Positions 1 through 8,429 of a DNA stretch of 64,000 nucleotides are shown here, piece by piece; position 1 is the first letter of the stretch; each line of letters opens with the position of its first letter. This DNA comes from Victivallaceae bacterium (GTDB lineage: Bacteria; Verrucomicrobiota; Lentisphaeria; Victivallales; Victivallaceae): contig JAZRGW010000023.1 of assembly GCA_045644425.1 (NCBI GenBank), forward strand, positions 71,592-135,591, written 5' to 3'. Below the pieces are notes generated by a model. It saw nothing but the letters and a program-made list of their open reading frames with translations. It was not told the DNA's origin and ran no database searches. The position numbers and the translations under genes were made by a program.

Positions 1-245
1 ACCTTGCCGGGATCAAGAATAAAAGAGATCTCTTTCAGACAATTGCCGCAGGATGTGACCACCGGAGCTGAAACGCTACCGGATACCAGTACTCCACCGG
101 AAACCAGCTGGGCAGTAAGATCGAACTTACCCTCCCCCGAAGCGGAAAAAGCGTCATCTGCAGCAAGATCAAGAAATTCCGGAGGCAATTCACCTGATTT
201 GCTGACCGGAGCTTTTTCTATAGCGGATACTGAAAAAATTATCAC
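1..245 (-). CDS. DUF177/YceD-like protein, N-terminal part only (gene runs off the left edge)
   Basis: The minus-strand frame is open from GTG 245-243 to the window edge. Its translation is VIIFSVSAIEKAPVSKSGELPPEFLDLAADDAFSASGEGKFDLTAQLVSGGVLVSGSVSAPVVTSCGNCLKEISFILDPGK. This has the layout of DUF177 N-termini ending in a C-x2-C-L knuckle. The GTG overlaps the MarR stop (GTGA). It is absent from the ORF track because it is edge-truncated and has a non-ATG start. Confidence 0.45.
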   Translation of the reverse strand, partial: MIIFSVSAIEKAPVSKSGELPPEFLDLAADDAFSASGEGKFDLTAQLVSGGVLVSGSVSAPVVTSCGNCLKEISFILDPGK

Positions 246-718
246 AACTCCACCTCGGGGAAATTATCCGGATCAGCAGTAAAAGATGCAAATTTACGGC
301 TGACAGAAACAAAATTCTCGACCTCGGAGGCACTCAACGTTTCCAGGAAACGTCCCATAAGATCATCCAGCTGATTTTCGCATTTTTCAAAACGCTGCTG
401 CAAAACTTCACCCACATAAAGCCGCACCGCACGGCGGTCATCAGGATCGCTTTTACGGAGCAACGCCCCCTTGCGGACAAGGGTATCGACCATTTCACTG
501 GCAGCAGCGGGAGTGATGGATAATTTTTCCGCAAGAACTTTCAACTGAACCCCCTTGCCAGTGTCTCGGGTAAGAGCATAAAGCGTATCTATCGCCCGCA
601 TCTGGCTCAAGGTATAATGAAATATTTCCGCCGGTACCTGACTGGCACAAAACTCTTTGATCCGGGTATTGGAAACCCGGTGATTATTCCGCAACTCTCT
701 GATCATATCATCTGTCAT
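242..718 (-). CDS. MarR-family transcriptional regulator
   Basis: 158-aa ORF with a winged-helix segment, LAEKLSITPAAASEMVDTLVRKGALLRKSDPDDRRAVRLYV, typical of MarR. It is divergent from the LacI/GH2 operon. Confidence 0.85.
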   Translation of the reverse strand: MTDDMIRELRNNHRVSNTRIKEFCASQVPAEIFHYTLSQMRAIDTLYALTRDTGKGVQLKVLAEKLSITPAAASEMVDTLVRKGALLRKSDPDDRRAVRLYVGEVLQQRFEKCENQLDDLMGRFLETLSASEVENFVSVSRKFASFTADPDNFPEVEL

Positions 719-935
719 AATCTTTCCCCCTCATTCGTCTGATTCTTACAACTGCATCTCCCTGATAATAAAATAATCCTAATAAACCAAAAATGCAAGT
801 AATTTTCTTGCAACTTTTAAAATTTCTGTAGATTTTCAATAATTTACATAAAAAAACATCCTTCAGTGCATTAAATCAACATATTTTTTAATTAACTATT
901 GCTTTTTTTTAACTTTTGCTGTATACTTATATTCG

Positions 936-953
936 AACGATTAATTAAACGTT
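936..953. promoter_or_regulatory. Near-palindrome AACGATTAATTAAACGTT, candidate LacI-type operator
   Basis: An 18-mer with 16/18 dyad symmetry and AACG...CGTT half-site ends. It lies about 20 nt upstream of the LacI start at the head of the operon. Confidence 0.3.
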
Positions 954-973
954 TTATGCGGGGATTGACGGAA

Positions 974-1984
974 ATGACAAATTATCCAACCTTGAAAGAT
1001 GTCAGTGCGGAAGCGGGAGTTTCCATGGCGTTGGCATCGGTGGTTCTGAACGGCAAAAAAAGCCGTATCAAAGCCTCACCGGAAACCCGGCAGAAAATTA
1101 TTGCCGCCGCTGAAAAATTCGGCTATGAACCCAACCGCAACGCCAGAGCATTGCGGATGAGCCGCAGTTTTCTCATCGGAGTCATCACCTATGATATAAG
1201 CAGTTCATTCATTCCGAAAATACTCACCGGCATTGAACAGGGATTCATGCACACCAATTACAGTGTACTGCCGATAAGTTACCGCAATGATGAGGAATTT
1301 GCCGAGGCTCTGGAAACTCTACGCAAAAGAAAAATCGACGGTCTGATCATCATTTCCACCCATTTTTCCGGTTTCCCGGAAGAGTTATCCATGTGGAACC
1401 GGATCGCCAAAGTCTTTATCGGCTGCAATCCGCTTCTCGATTGTACCAGCAGTGTACGGGCCGATGGTACTGCTGTCGGCAAAGCTGCCGCAGAAGCATT
1501 CCTCAAACGGGGATGCAAAAAGTTCATTTATCTTACTCACTCAAATATTAAAGATTTCTGCGGAAATTGTGCCGGGTGGAAAGAAACTTTGAAAAGTGCC
1601 GGTATTCAGGAAAAAGATATGATCATCGCAAATGCCACGATCGACCTGGAAGACAGTTATAAAACCATCAAAAATATTCTGCTGAAAAATCCGGATGCGG
1701 ATTGCGTATTTGCTGACAGCGACATCATGGCAGCGGCTGTTTTGAAAGCCGCACAGGAACTGAATAGAAAAGTTCCAGATGATCTGCAGGTGATCGGCGT
1801 GGATGATTCCATTATCTGCCAGATAACCACTCCACCGCTGACCTCAATCTGGCAGCCGAAAATCCAGCAGGGCGAAGCTGCCGCAAAACTCATGCTCAAT
1901 CTGCTCAATGAAAACAAAACTGAAGCACTGGTTTTGCCGGTGCATATCAATACAAGAGAAAGTATCAAACCTTTGGAGGAATAA
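974..1984 (+). CDS. LacI-family transcriptional regulator
   Basis: N-terminal HTH TLKDVSAEAGVSMALASVVLNGK followed by a periplasmic-binding-protein-like core. I prefer ATG 974 over the track's TTG 899, because the first 25 codons are an AT-rich, leader-like sequence. Confidence 0.9.
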   Translation: MTNYPTLKDVSAEAGVSMALASVVLNGKKSRIKASPETRQKIIAAAEKFGYEPNRNARALRMSRSFLIGVITYDISSSFIPKILTGIEQGFMHTNYSVLPISYRNDEEFAEALETLRKRKIDGLIIISTHFSGFPEELSMWNRIAKVFIGCNPLLDCTSSVRADGTAVGKAAAEAFLKRGCKKFIYLTHSNIKDFCGNCAGWKETLKSAGIQEKDMIIANATIDLEDSYKTIKNILLKNPDADCVFADSDIMAAAVLKAAQELNRKVPDDLQVIGVDDSIICQITTPPLTSIWQPKIQQGEAAAKLMLNLLNENKTEALVLPVHINTRESIKPLEE

Positions 1985-1989
1985 ATTAT

Positions 1990-4434
1990 ATGATGCAGCA
2001 AATCTATCTTGACGGCAATGACTGGGAAGCAGATTACTTCCTTTCTGAAAAAGAATATCATCAGTGGAAAGGATGGCACCGGACTATCAAAAATATGATC
2101 CGCAACTGTGCCCAGAGTGCCGGATTTGTCCGCGGCGATGCGGCTCCCGGTGCTTTGACCGGTACGGTTCCGGGGTGTGACCGTTCATTCATGCTTGAAA
2201 ACGGCGAATGCAAAGACCCTTATTTTGCAAGAAATCTGGAACATACGGAATTTTCTGAAAAATATTCATGGGCATTCCGCAAACGTTTCACCGTTCCGAA
2301 AGAGTGGGAAGGTAAACGTATTGAATTGGAATTCAAAGGTCTGGACTACTCCTGCTGGGTTTTCATCAACTGCCAATGGCTCGGACCGCATAAAGGTATG
2401 TTTATCCCCGAATCCTACGACATTACCCGCGAAATCAAATTCGGTGAAGAAAATATTGTAGCAGTGGTCTTCGATCCGGCTCCGAAGGGAAGTCCCAACC
2501 ATCTGGACGATGAACCGACCGATTTTGCAAAACTGCACCGCACCCAGATCGGTTTCGGCTGGGATTGGTCACGGGGCATCGTGCCGACCGGTATCACCGA
2601 CAGCGTGATCCTTACCGCTTACGACCAGGCTCTGATAACAGAACAGCAAGTGATTTTTGATGGTGAAAATGCTGTACTCAAAGTGGAAATTGAATCCAGA
2701 AGTGATTGTACGCTTCCCTTTTTCTGCAAACTTTCACCGGATAACTTTTCCGGTAAATCCACCTCTTTCGAGACTGCTATTGAACTGAAACACGGCGAAA
2801 ATAAATTTATTTTTGATCTGCCGCTTCCCAAAGATCTCAATCTCTGGTATCCGCTGGGTTATGGAGATCAGCCGCTTTACAATCTGGAAATGACCATCGA
2901 CGGTTCAACCAAAACCATCCGTACCGGATTCAAAACGATCACCATGTTCCGTAATCCCGGTTCTGCCCGTGGAGCGGCTGATCTCACCTATGTTTTCAAC
3001 GGCAAAAAGGTATTTGTACGGGGAGTAAACTATGTGCCGGCAGATTTGATAATGAGCAATGCCTCTGCTGCTGATTATGAGCATCTCGTGGCGACGGCGG
3101 CAATGGCGGGAATCAACTATTTCCGGATCTGGGGCGGCGGCGTTTTGGAAAAAGACGCTTTTTTCGATGCCTGCGACCGCTACGGTATCATGGTGCATCA
3201 GGAGTTTTTCCACGCCTGCAGTAAAGCTCCGAAAGATGAGGAATTTATTGCATTCAAGAAAAAAGAAGCAGTTGCCGTGATCAAAAAACTTTACAATCAC
3301 CCCTGCCTCACACTGATTTGCGGCGGTAATGAGATGCAATATTACGGTGAAATTCCGGATAGTCCGATCATCGAAAATTACCGGGAGATAGCGAAAGAGA
3401 TGGTGCCGGGAATACCTTTCCGCACCAGCAGTCCCGACCTTTCCCGTCCGGGGGAAAGACATCACGGTCCGTGGAACTATCTGGAGCACAAATTCTGGAA
3501 AACCCATTTCCGCAACTTTGCCAGTGAAGTCGGCTGCAACGCCATGCCGGAATTTTCCTCTCTTCAAAGATTCATCCCTGCTAAAGAGATCGAACTCATG
3601 TACGGCCCGTCACTGGAATATCACTTCTGCCATCTGGAAAATGAGTTTTACAGCCTGAAAAAACCGCTGAAAGTCTTTGAATACAACGGCATGAAAGAGT
3701 TCTGCGATGCTTCCATGTTTGCCCAGGCAGATGCGACACAGTGCATTTACGAGCATTACCGCCGTCTTTACCCGGAAGCATCCGGAGTTATTTTCTGGCA
3801 GTACAACGAACCGTGGCCGACCTGTTCATTCAATCTGATCGACTACTACGGCGTACCGAAAAACGCCATTTACACTATGAAACGTGCCAATGCAAAAAAT
3901 CTGCTTTCTCTGGAAGATGATTCCTGGTGTTGTGCCGATGGCAGACTGCAGGGTAAACTCTATCTGACCAGCGATGAGGGATTTACCGGTAAAGCCGCTG
4001 TAAAAGCTATAGATTGTGCCACCGGCAAAGAGATATTTGCAAAGGAGTTTGAGGGAACTTTTGCAGAAAACACCACGCTCCTTGCGGAAATCAATGAAGT
4101 TCTGCCAGCAGGTATCACGGCGGTATTTTTCTACCTCAATGGCGTTTGCACCAATGAGCGTCTCTACGGCGTACCGGATTTCAAAAAGGCTTTCGCTCTG
4201 CCTGAAACAGAGCTGAAAGCTGTTAAAGAAGGTAATTCCATCACTGTAACCAACAGCGGAAAGAGTGTGGCAGTCAATGTAAAACTCGTTTTCCCCGGTC
4301 TGCCGGATAAATCGGTCATTTTCAATGACAACTACATTTCTATCGCTCCGGGCGAGAGCCGTACAGTCTCGTTTACCGGTAACTGCGGAACTTCTGAAAT
4401 CCAAATTTCCGCATGGAATTGCAAAAATCAATAA
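1990..4434 (+). CDS. Glycoside hydrolase family 2, beta-mannosidase/exo-glucosaminidase-like
   Basis: 814 aa. GH2 sugar-binding N-terminus, an acid/base-like ICGGNEMQ and a nucleophile-like FASEVGCNAMPEF, as in GH2 beta-mannosidases. A GGAGGA RBS overlaps the LacI stop. Confidence 0.8.
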   Translation: MMQQIYLDGNDWEADYFLSEKEYHQWKGWHRTIKNMIRNCAQSAGFVRGDAAPGALTGTVPGCDRSFMLENGECKDPYFARNLEHTEFSEKYSWAFRKRFTVPKEWEGKRIELEFKGLDYSCWVFINCQWLGPHKGMFIPESYDITREIKFGEENIVAVVFDPAPKGSPNHLDDEPTDFAKLHRTQIGFGWDWSRGIVPTGITDSVILTAYDQALITEQQVIFDGENAVLKVEIESRSDCTLPFFCKLSPDNFSGKSTSFETAIELKHGENKFIFDLPLPKDLNLWYPLGYGDQPLYNLEMTIDGSTKTIRTGFKTITMFRNPGSARGAADLTYVFNGKKVFVRGVNYVPADLIMSNASAADYEHLVATAAMAGINYFRIWGGGVLEKDAFFDACDRYGIMVHQEFFHACSKAPKDEEFIAFKKKEAVAVIKKLYNHPCLTLICGGNEMQYYGEIPDSPIIENYREIAKEMVPGIPFRTSSPDLSRPGERHHGPWNYLEHKFWKTHFRNFASEVGCNAMPEFSSLQRFIPAKEIELMYGPSLEYHFCHLENEFYSLKKPLKVFEYNGMKEFCDASMFAQADATQCIYEHYRRLYPEASGVIFWQYNEPWPTCSFNLIDYYGVPKNAIYTMKRANAKNLLSLEDDSWCCADGRLQGKLYLTSDEGFTGKAAVKAIDCATGKEIFAKEFEGTFAENTTLLAEINEVLPAGITAVFFYLNGVCTNERLYGVPDFKKAFALPETELKAVKEGNSITVTNSGKSVAVNVKLVFPGLPDKSVIFNDNYISIAPGESRTVSFTGNCGTSEIQISAWNCKNQ

Positions 4435-4470
4435 TCAGTATTATATTATATAGTAAGAAAGGGAAAATCA

Positions 4471-7400
4471 ATGCTTAAGAAGTTGTTATTAAAGCAGTGC
4501 GTGTACGCACTGCTGCCGCTGACAGCGGCAGCAGCTCCGGTATTCAACAGCTCATTTGAGAAACTTGAGCCGTGGGTAAGTTACGCCCAGAAACAAAGCA
4601 AAGTCACTTTGCACAAAATCGTAACTGACAACGGCAATCCGTGTCTGGAAGCGACCGGAGACCCGTCGATCAAAGCCAATGCCTACCTCTGCCTCGGTAC
4701 GACGCTCAAAGATATCAAACCGGGAAAGACCTACAAAGTATCTTTCCGTTATCAGGCAAAAGTTGCTCCCGACCGTAAAAAATCCCTGAAAGTCAAAGTT
4801 GAGCAATTCGATGCGAAAAATAAACAGGTCGGCAGACATAACGCCCATTACTTCTTTGACAAAGAGGGTTGGAGCGAGATGGTTTTCGCTTTCAAGAGCG
4901 TGCCGGAAGCAGTGAATTCCTATTTGTATCTGGAAACCGCCAATCTCACATCCGCGGATAAAGTCCGTTATGACGATCTCAAAGTCGAAGAGTGCGAACC
5001 ATCAAACCGCGGTCTGGTGATCAACGGCAGTTTTGAACTGGGACTTTTCCCGTGGTTCAGCCATCAGCAGTCTGGCGGTTGGAGACAGATCCACCGTTTG
5101 AGTCCTGACACACCTTTCGGTAAGCACTGTCTGGAAATCATCGGCGATCCGGAAAATACCAGCAACCGTCTCTACATTCTCAATCAGGAAATGAAAAATC
5201 TGGAAGTCGGTACTCCCTACCGCCTTTCTCTGCAATTCCGTTCCAGTGTCAAAGAGGAACCCGGTCCTGCAAAAACCGCTTTTATCCGCGTTCAGCAGCT
5301 CGGCCCCAAAGGGGAATGGATCCTCGGCAATGAAGTGCGTTTCCCGCTCAACAGCGACCTCTGGACCTATCGTGAATTGACCTTTATTCCCGATGCCCGT
5401 ACTGCAACTACCGCGATTTACATCAATACCGGCAACTTCAAAAGCACCGACAGATTTTATATTGATGAAGTAACCGTACACAAAGCAGTCAGCCCCGGCA
5501 AACCTTTCGATGCTTCAAAACCGGCAAAAACTGCCGCCGTCAAGGAGATCAAAAACAAGCGTGGTGTGGCTAAACTCACTGCCGGAAACGTGCTTGCTTC
5601 TTTGAGTATCGACGGTAAAGAGATCGTGCCTGCCGCAGAAAAATCCAGTGTCATCTTCGTTCACAACAACGAAACCGAAGAGATCCTCGACGGTAAAGAA
5701 ACACCTTCCAAACTTTATCCATTCAAAGCGAAAGCGGAATATCTCTGGGATAAAGACGAATTCAAAGAGGTGATCACCTTTACCGCCACAAAAGATGCGG
5801 TCGGACCGTTTAAAATCGGTGTGCGTCACGGATTGGCACAGAAAAAGAATCAGTGGCATACACAGGTTTTCGGACTTTCCCCGGTGCGTTACATCCCCGC
5901 AGACAAAAGCACGGTTTTCACCTGGGGTATCGATCCCAACGATCTCAATCTCACCCAGCTCGACCTCTATCAGGGAGTGATCATGCCGCTGCAGGTGATG
6001 GAAGGCGAAAACTCCTACCTTTCCATTTCCAGCCACAGTTACGACGACAGTATCACTTTCCAACCCAATACTCCTGCCGGTTACAATGCCGTCATGGAAC
6101 GCAACCCGCTGCGGGTGAAAAAAGGTGAAAAATTCCGCATTGAAGTCAACTTCAACTATTTTGACCGGGAAAAATTTGTTCTCCGTGACGTCTGGCGGGA
6201 TCAGGTTTTACGGGTCTACTCCAATAATCCGATGCTGAAGCCCTATCTGCCGGTCAAAGATCCCGGTCCGAAAGTCACTGTTCCCGGTCCGCTGGGGTCG
6301 GTTACCGGTCTTTTCAAGCACCGTAAAGACCGTCTTTATAAACACAGTACGATCTGGGAAGGCTGGCACGATGAAGTTCATGAAGAATTCCCGACCGAAG
6401 GATCATGGTGGAATGGCTCAAATGAATGGCGGTTCAAATACACCGCAGAAGGATTCAAAAAACATATCGAAGAGCTGAAAAAAAGAGACATCTACACCAT
6501 CGCTTATATCCGGACTTTCTGCAACCTCGACCTCGCCGGAAAAACCTACCCTGCCGAATGGGTACGCAAAACCCCCGGCGGCGGAACCCAGCTCTATGGC
6601 GGCGGTTACCGTAAACTGCTGCCGCCTCACGTTGCAAAAGATACCGGTATCAAAGAGGTTCCGTGGGGTATGTTTGCCACATTCCAGCCCGGATGTCTGG
6701 AATTTCTGCACAAGCGTTTCTTCAAAGTGATCGAATATTACAACCCCTGGGGTATCGGCTGGGATTGTGCCGGATTTGATCAGGAAGACTTCCTCGCCGT
6801 GGCGAGTGTCACCCGCAAAATTCAGGAAAAGGGTTACAAAACCAAAGTTGTCGGCAACGAGTGTTCCGGTCCGATCACCGCATATCTTGATTGTACGATC
6901 ATTGAAAACGGATTCTTCGGCGGCAAAACTCCCTATGACTTTGAAGTTACCCGTGCCTTGAATATACCGATCGTCACTCTGGAAAGATGGCAGCTTGCCG
7001 TTGAATATCTCGATTATCACTTTGACAATAAACGCACCTGGTGCCGGCCTTTCGGTAAAGTGTGGAGCAAAAGCTATGTCGATTACAGAGTGAAAAAAGA
7101 TCCTTCATTGAAAAACAACCGGAAAAAACTTGCTCACGATCTCCATGTGACATGGTTCTACAAAGATCATTCTCTGGGTTCATCATCATTTGCTCCTGAA
7201 GAAGCTGAACCGCTCTTGAAATCTTTTATCAAGTTCACCAGTGAGATCAATGCCATTATCCGTATGGATAAAGCATTTGCCCTGCGTTTTCCCAACGGCA
7301 GGGAATCCGACGGTCCGCTGACCGCCTGTGCGTGGGCTGACAGCAAAACCAATCAATTCCGTCTTGCCGGATTCAATGAAGCTCATGAAACGAAACATTT

Positions 7401-7596
7401 CAAGCTCACTCTGGATAAAGCCGCATTTGAAAAAATGGGATGGAAAATCGAAAATATTCAGAAACACAAAGCCATTCTTGCCGATCCCGACAGCGAAAAA
7501 GAGATCACTCTCAAACAGAGCATCGTCAACGGCAATCTGGTTCTGGAGTGCGACCTGCCTCCATACGGTTTCCTGATGATTTTTGCAGATAAATAA
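4471..7596 (+). CDS. Secreted ~1040-aa protein, paralog A: signal peptide + two CBM4/9/22-like jelly-roll modules + conserved unassigned C-terminal domain
   Basis: Signal peptide ALLPLTAAAAP. Two modules start N(S/G)SFE...W and end Y(D/I)D(L/E)(K/V)V. The C-terminal blocks are WEGWHD..HEEFP..GSWW, LYGGGY, IGWDC, GNECSGP and ENGFFGGKTPYDFE. Paralogous to 8430-11528 and 11827-14958. Confidence 0.85.
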   Translation: MLKKLLLKQCVYALLPLTAAAAPVFNSSFEKLEPWVSYAQKQSKVTLHKIVTDNGNPCLEATGDPSIKANAYLCLGTTLKDIKPGKTYKVSFRYQAKVAPDRKKSLKVKVEQFDAKNKQVGRHNAHYFFDKEGWSEMVFAFKSVPEAVNSYLYLETANLTSADKVRYDDLKVEECEPSNRGLVINGSFELGLFPWFSHQQSGGWRQIHRLSPDTPFGKHCLEIIGDPENTSNRLYILNQEMKNLEVGTPYRLSLQFRSSVKEEPGPAKTAFIRVQQLGPKGEWILGNEVRFPLNSDLWTYRELTFIPDARTATTAIYINTGNFKSTDRFYIDEVTVHKAVSPGKPFDASKPAKTAAVKEIKNKRGVAKLTAGNVLASLSIDGKEIVPAAEKSSVIFVHNNETEEILDGKETPSKLYPFKAKAEYLWDKDEFKEVITFTATKDAVGPFKIGVRHGLAQKKNQWHTQVFGLSPVRYIPADKSTVFTWGIDPNDLNLTQLDLYQGVIMPLQVMEGENSYLSISSHSYDDSITFQPNTPAGYNAVMERNPLRVKKGEKFRIEVNFNYFDREKFVLRDVWRDQVLRVYSNNPMLKPYLPVKDPGPKVTVPGPLGSVTGLFKHRKDRLYKHSTIWEGWHDEVHEEFPTEGSWWNGSNEWRFKYTAEGFKKHIEELKKRDIYTIAYIRTFCNLDLAGKTYPAEWVRKTPGGGTQLYGGGYRKLLPPHVAKDTGIKEVPWGMFATFQPGCLEFLHKRFFKVIEYYNPWGIGWDCAGFDQEDFLAVASVTRKIQEKGYKTKVVGNECSGPITAYLDCTIIENGFFGGKTPYDFEVTRALNIPIVTLERWQLAVEYLDYHFDNKRTWCRPFGKVWSKSYVDYRVKKDPSLKNNRKKLAHDLHVTWFYKDHSLGSSSFAPEEAEPLLKSFIKFTSEINAIIRMDKAFALRFPNGRESDGPLTACAWADSKTNQFRLAGFNEAHETKHFKLTLDKAAFEKMGWKIENIQKHKAILADPDSEKEITLKQSIVNGNLVLECDLPPYGFLMIFADK

Positions 7597-7623
7597 CCCT
7601 TAACAACAGGAAAGGAATAGAAA

Positions 7624-8385
7624 ATGAAAAAGTGTTCCCTTAAAATGCAGTTCACCCTTATCGAATTGCTCGTTGTGATCGCGATCATCGCCATCCTCGC
7701 CGCCATTCTGCTCCCTGCTCTCAATTCTGCAAGGGAAAGAGGCAGAGCTGCAAGCTGTATCAATAACTTGAAACAGATCGGACTTGCGGTGGATTCGTAT
7801 GCAAATGATTGGGATGAATGTTATCATGTTAATGGACATGCAAATATTGATTCCGAGGCGAAATATGAATGGGCAAGAGTATTCGTCAAGCTCGGTTATC
7901 AGCCGGATGGTTTCGCGATTGTCCGTTGTCCGTCGACTACACTCTCCCCGACCGGGGCATCAGGGATCAGCACTTATGGAGTAAACGTGCGTTACCATGC
8001 CGGAATGAATCGCAACAGCACCAGCAGAGGTAGCTGGGACGACACGAATGACGCGAAGATTTACAAAGGTTTTGCAAACCGGAAAGATCTGACCCGTCCA
8101 TCTGAATATCCGACCCATGTCGATTGCGTCGGCAGTAATAACAGCTGTGAAGCAAAATATCAGGGTTATGCCTATTATCAAGTAAAAAATGTTGACGGTT
8201 ACGGAGCCGGTCTTCCCTATTGCGTTCACTCCAACAAGAGCCATGCTGTTTTTGCTGACGGTCACGCCGATGGAATCCAGAGAGAAAACTGGGCTAAAAT
8301 TTATGCCTACGGCTGTATTGACCAAAACTTTGCAGTCTACAATTACAGTAATGGAAGTTTGAGCGGTTACGTTACTCAGCAGTAA
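7624..8385 (+). CDS. Prepilin-type N-terminal cleavage/methylation protein, DUF1559-like pseudopilin (H-x9-DG)
   Basis: Leader [54 protein letters not shown]-terminal [12 protein letters not shown]. Confidence 0.9.
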   Translation: MKKCSLKMQFTLIELLVVIAIIAILAAILLPALNSARERGRAASCINNLKQIGLAVDSYANDWDECYHVNGHANIDSEAKYEWARVFVKLGYQPDGFAIVRCPSTTLSPTGASGISTYGVNVRYHAGMNRNSTSRGSWDDTNDAKIYKGFANRKDLTRPSEYPTHVDCVGSNNSCEAKYQGYAYYQVKNVDGYGAGLPYCVHSNKSHAVFADGHADGIQRENWAKIYAYGCIDQNFAVYNYSNGSLSGYVTQQ

Positions 8386-8429
8386 ATCATCTTTTCGTTG
8401 AAAACAATCACTTAATCAAAGGCTGAAAT

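Noticed and set aside
4-282. 92-aa + strand ORF at the left edge
   Set aside because: It has a low-complexity, Pro/Ser/Thr-rich translation with no recognisable family. The opposite strand gives a DUF177/YceD-like sequence in a frame that is open to the window edge and coupled to the MarR stop.
899-973. Extended N-termini given by the ORF track for several genes: 899 (TTG), 18935 (GTG), 21358, 27132, 32115, 33757, 42744 (GTG), 57877 and 62271
   Set aside because: Internal ATGs with proper RBS spacing and family-typical N-termini (HTH, signal peptide, prepilin leader, radical-SAM start) fit better. The extensions overlap upstream genes or add non-homologous residues.
2905-3567. Long antisense ORFs inside well-supported genes: 2905-3567, 5002-5481, 5515-6063, 6418-7020, 8856-9536, 10332-11033, 12055-12450 and 13843-14499
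   Set aside because: All lie opposite strong homolog- or paralog-supported CDS. They have odd composition (rich in F, I, G, R), no RBS and no family resemblance, so they are shadow ORFs.
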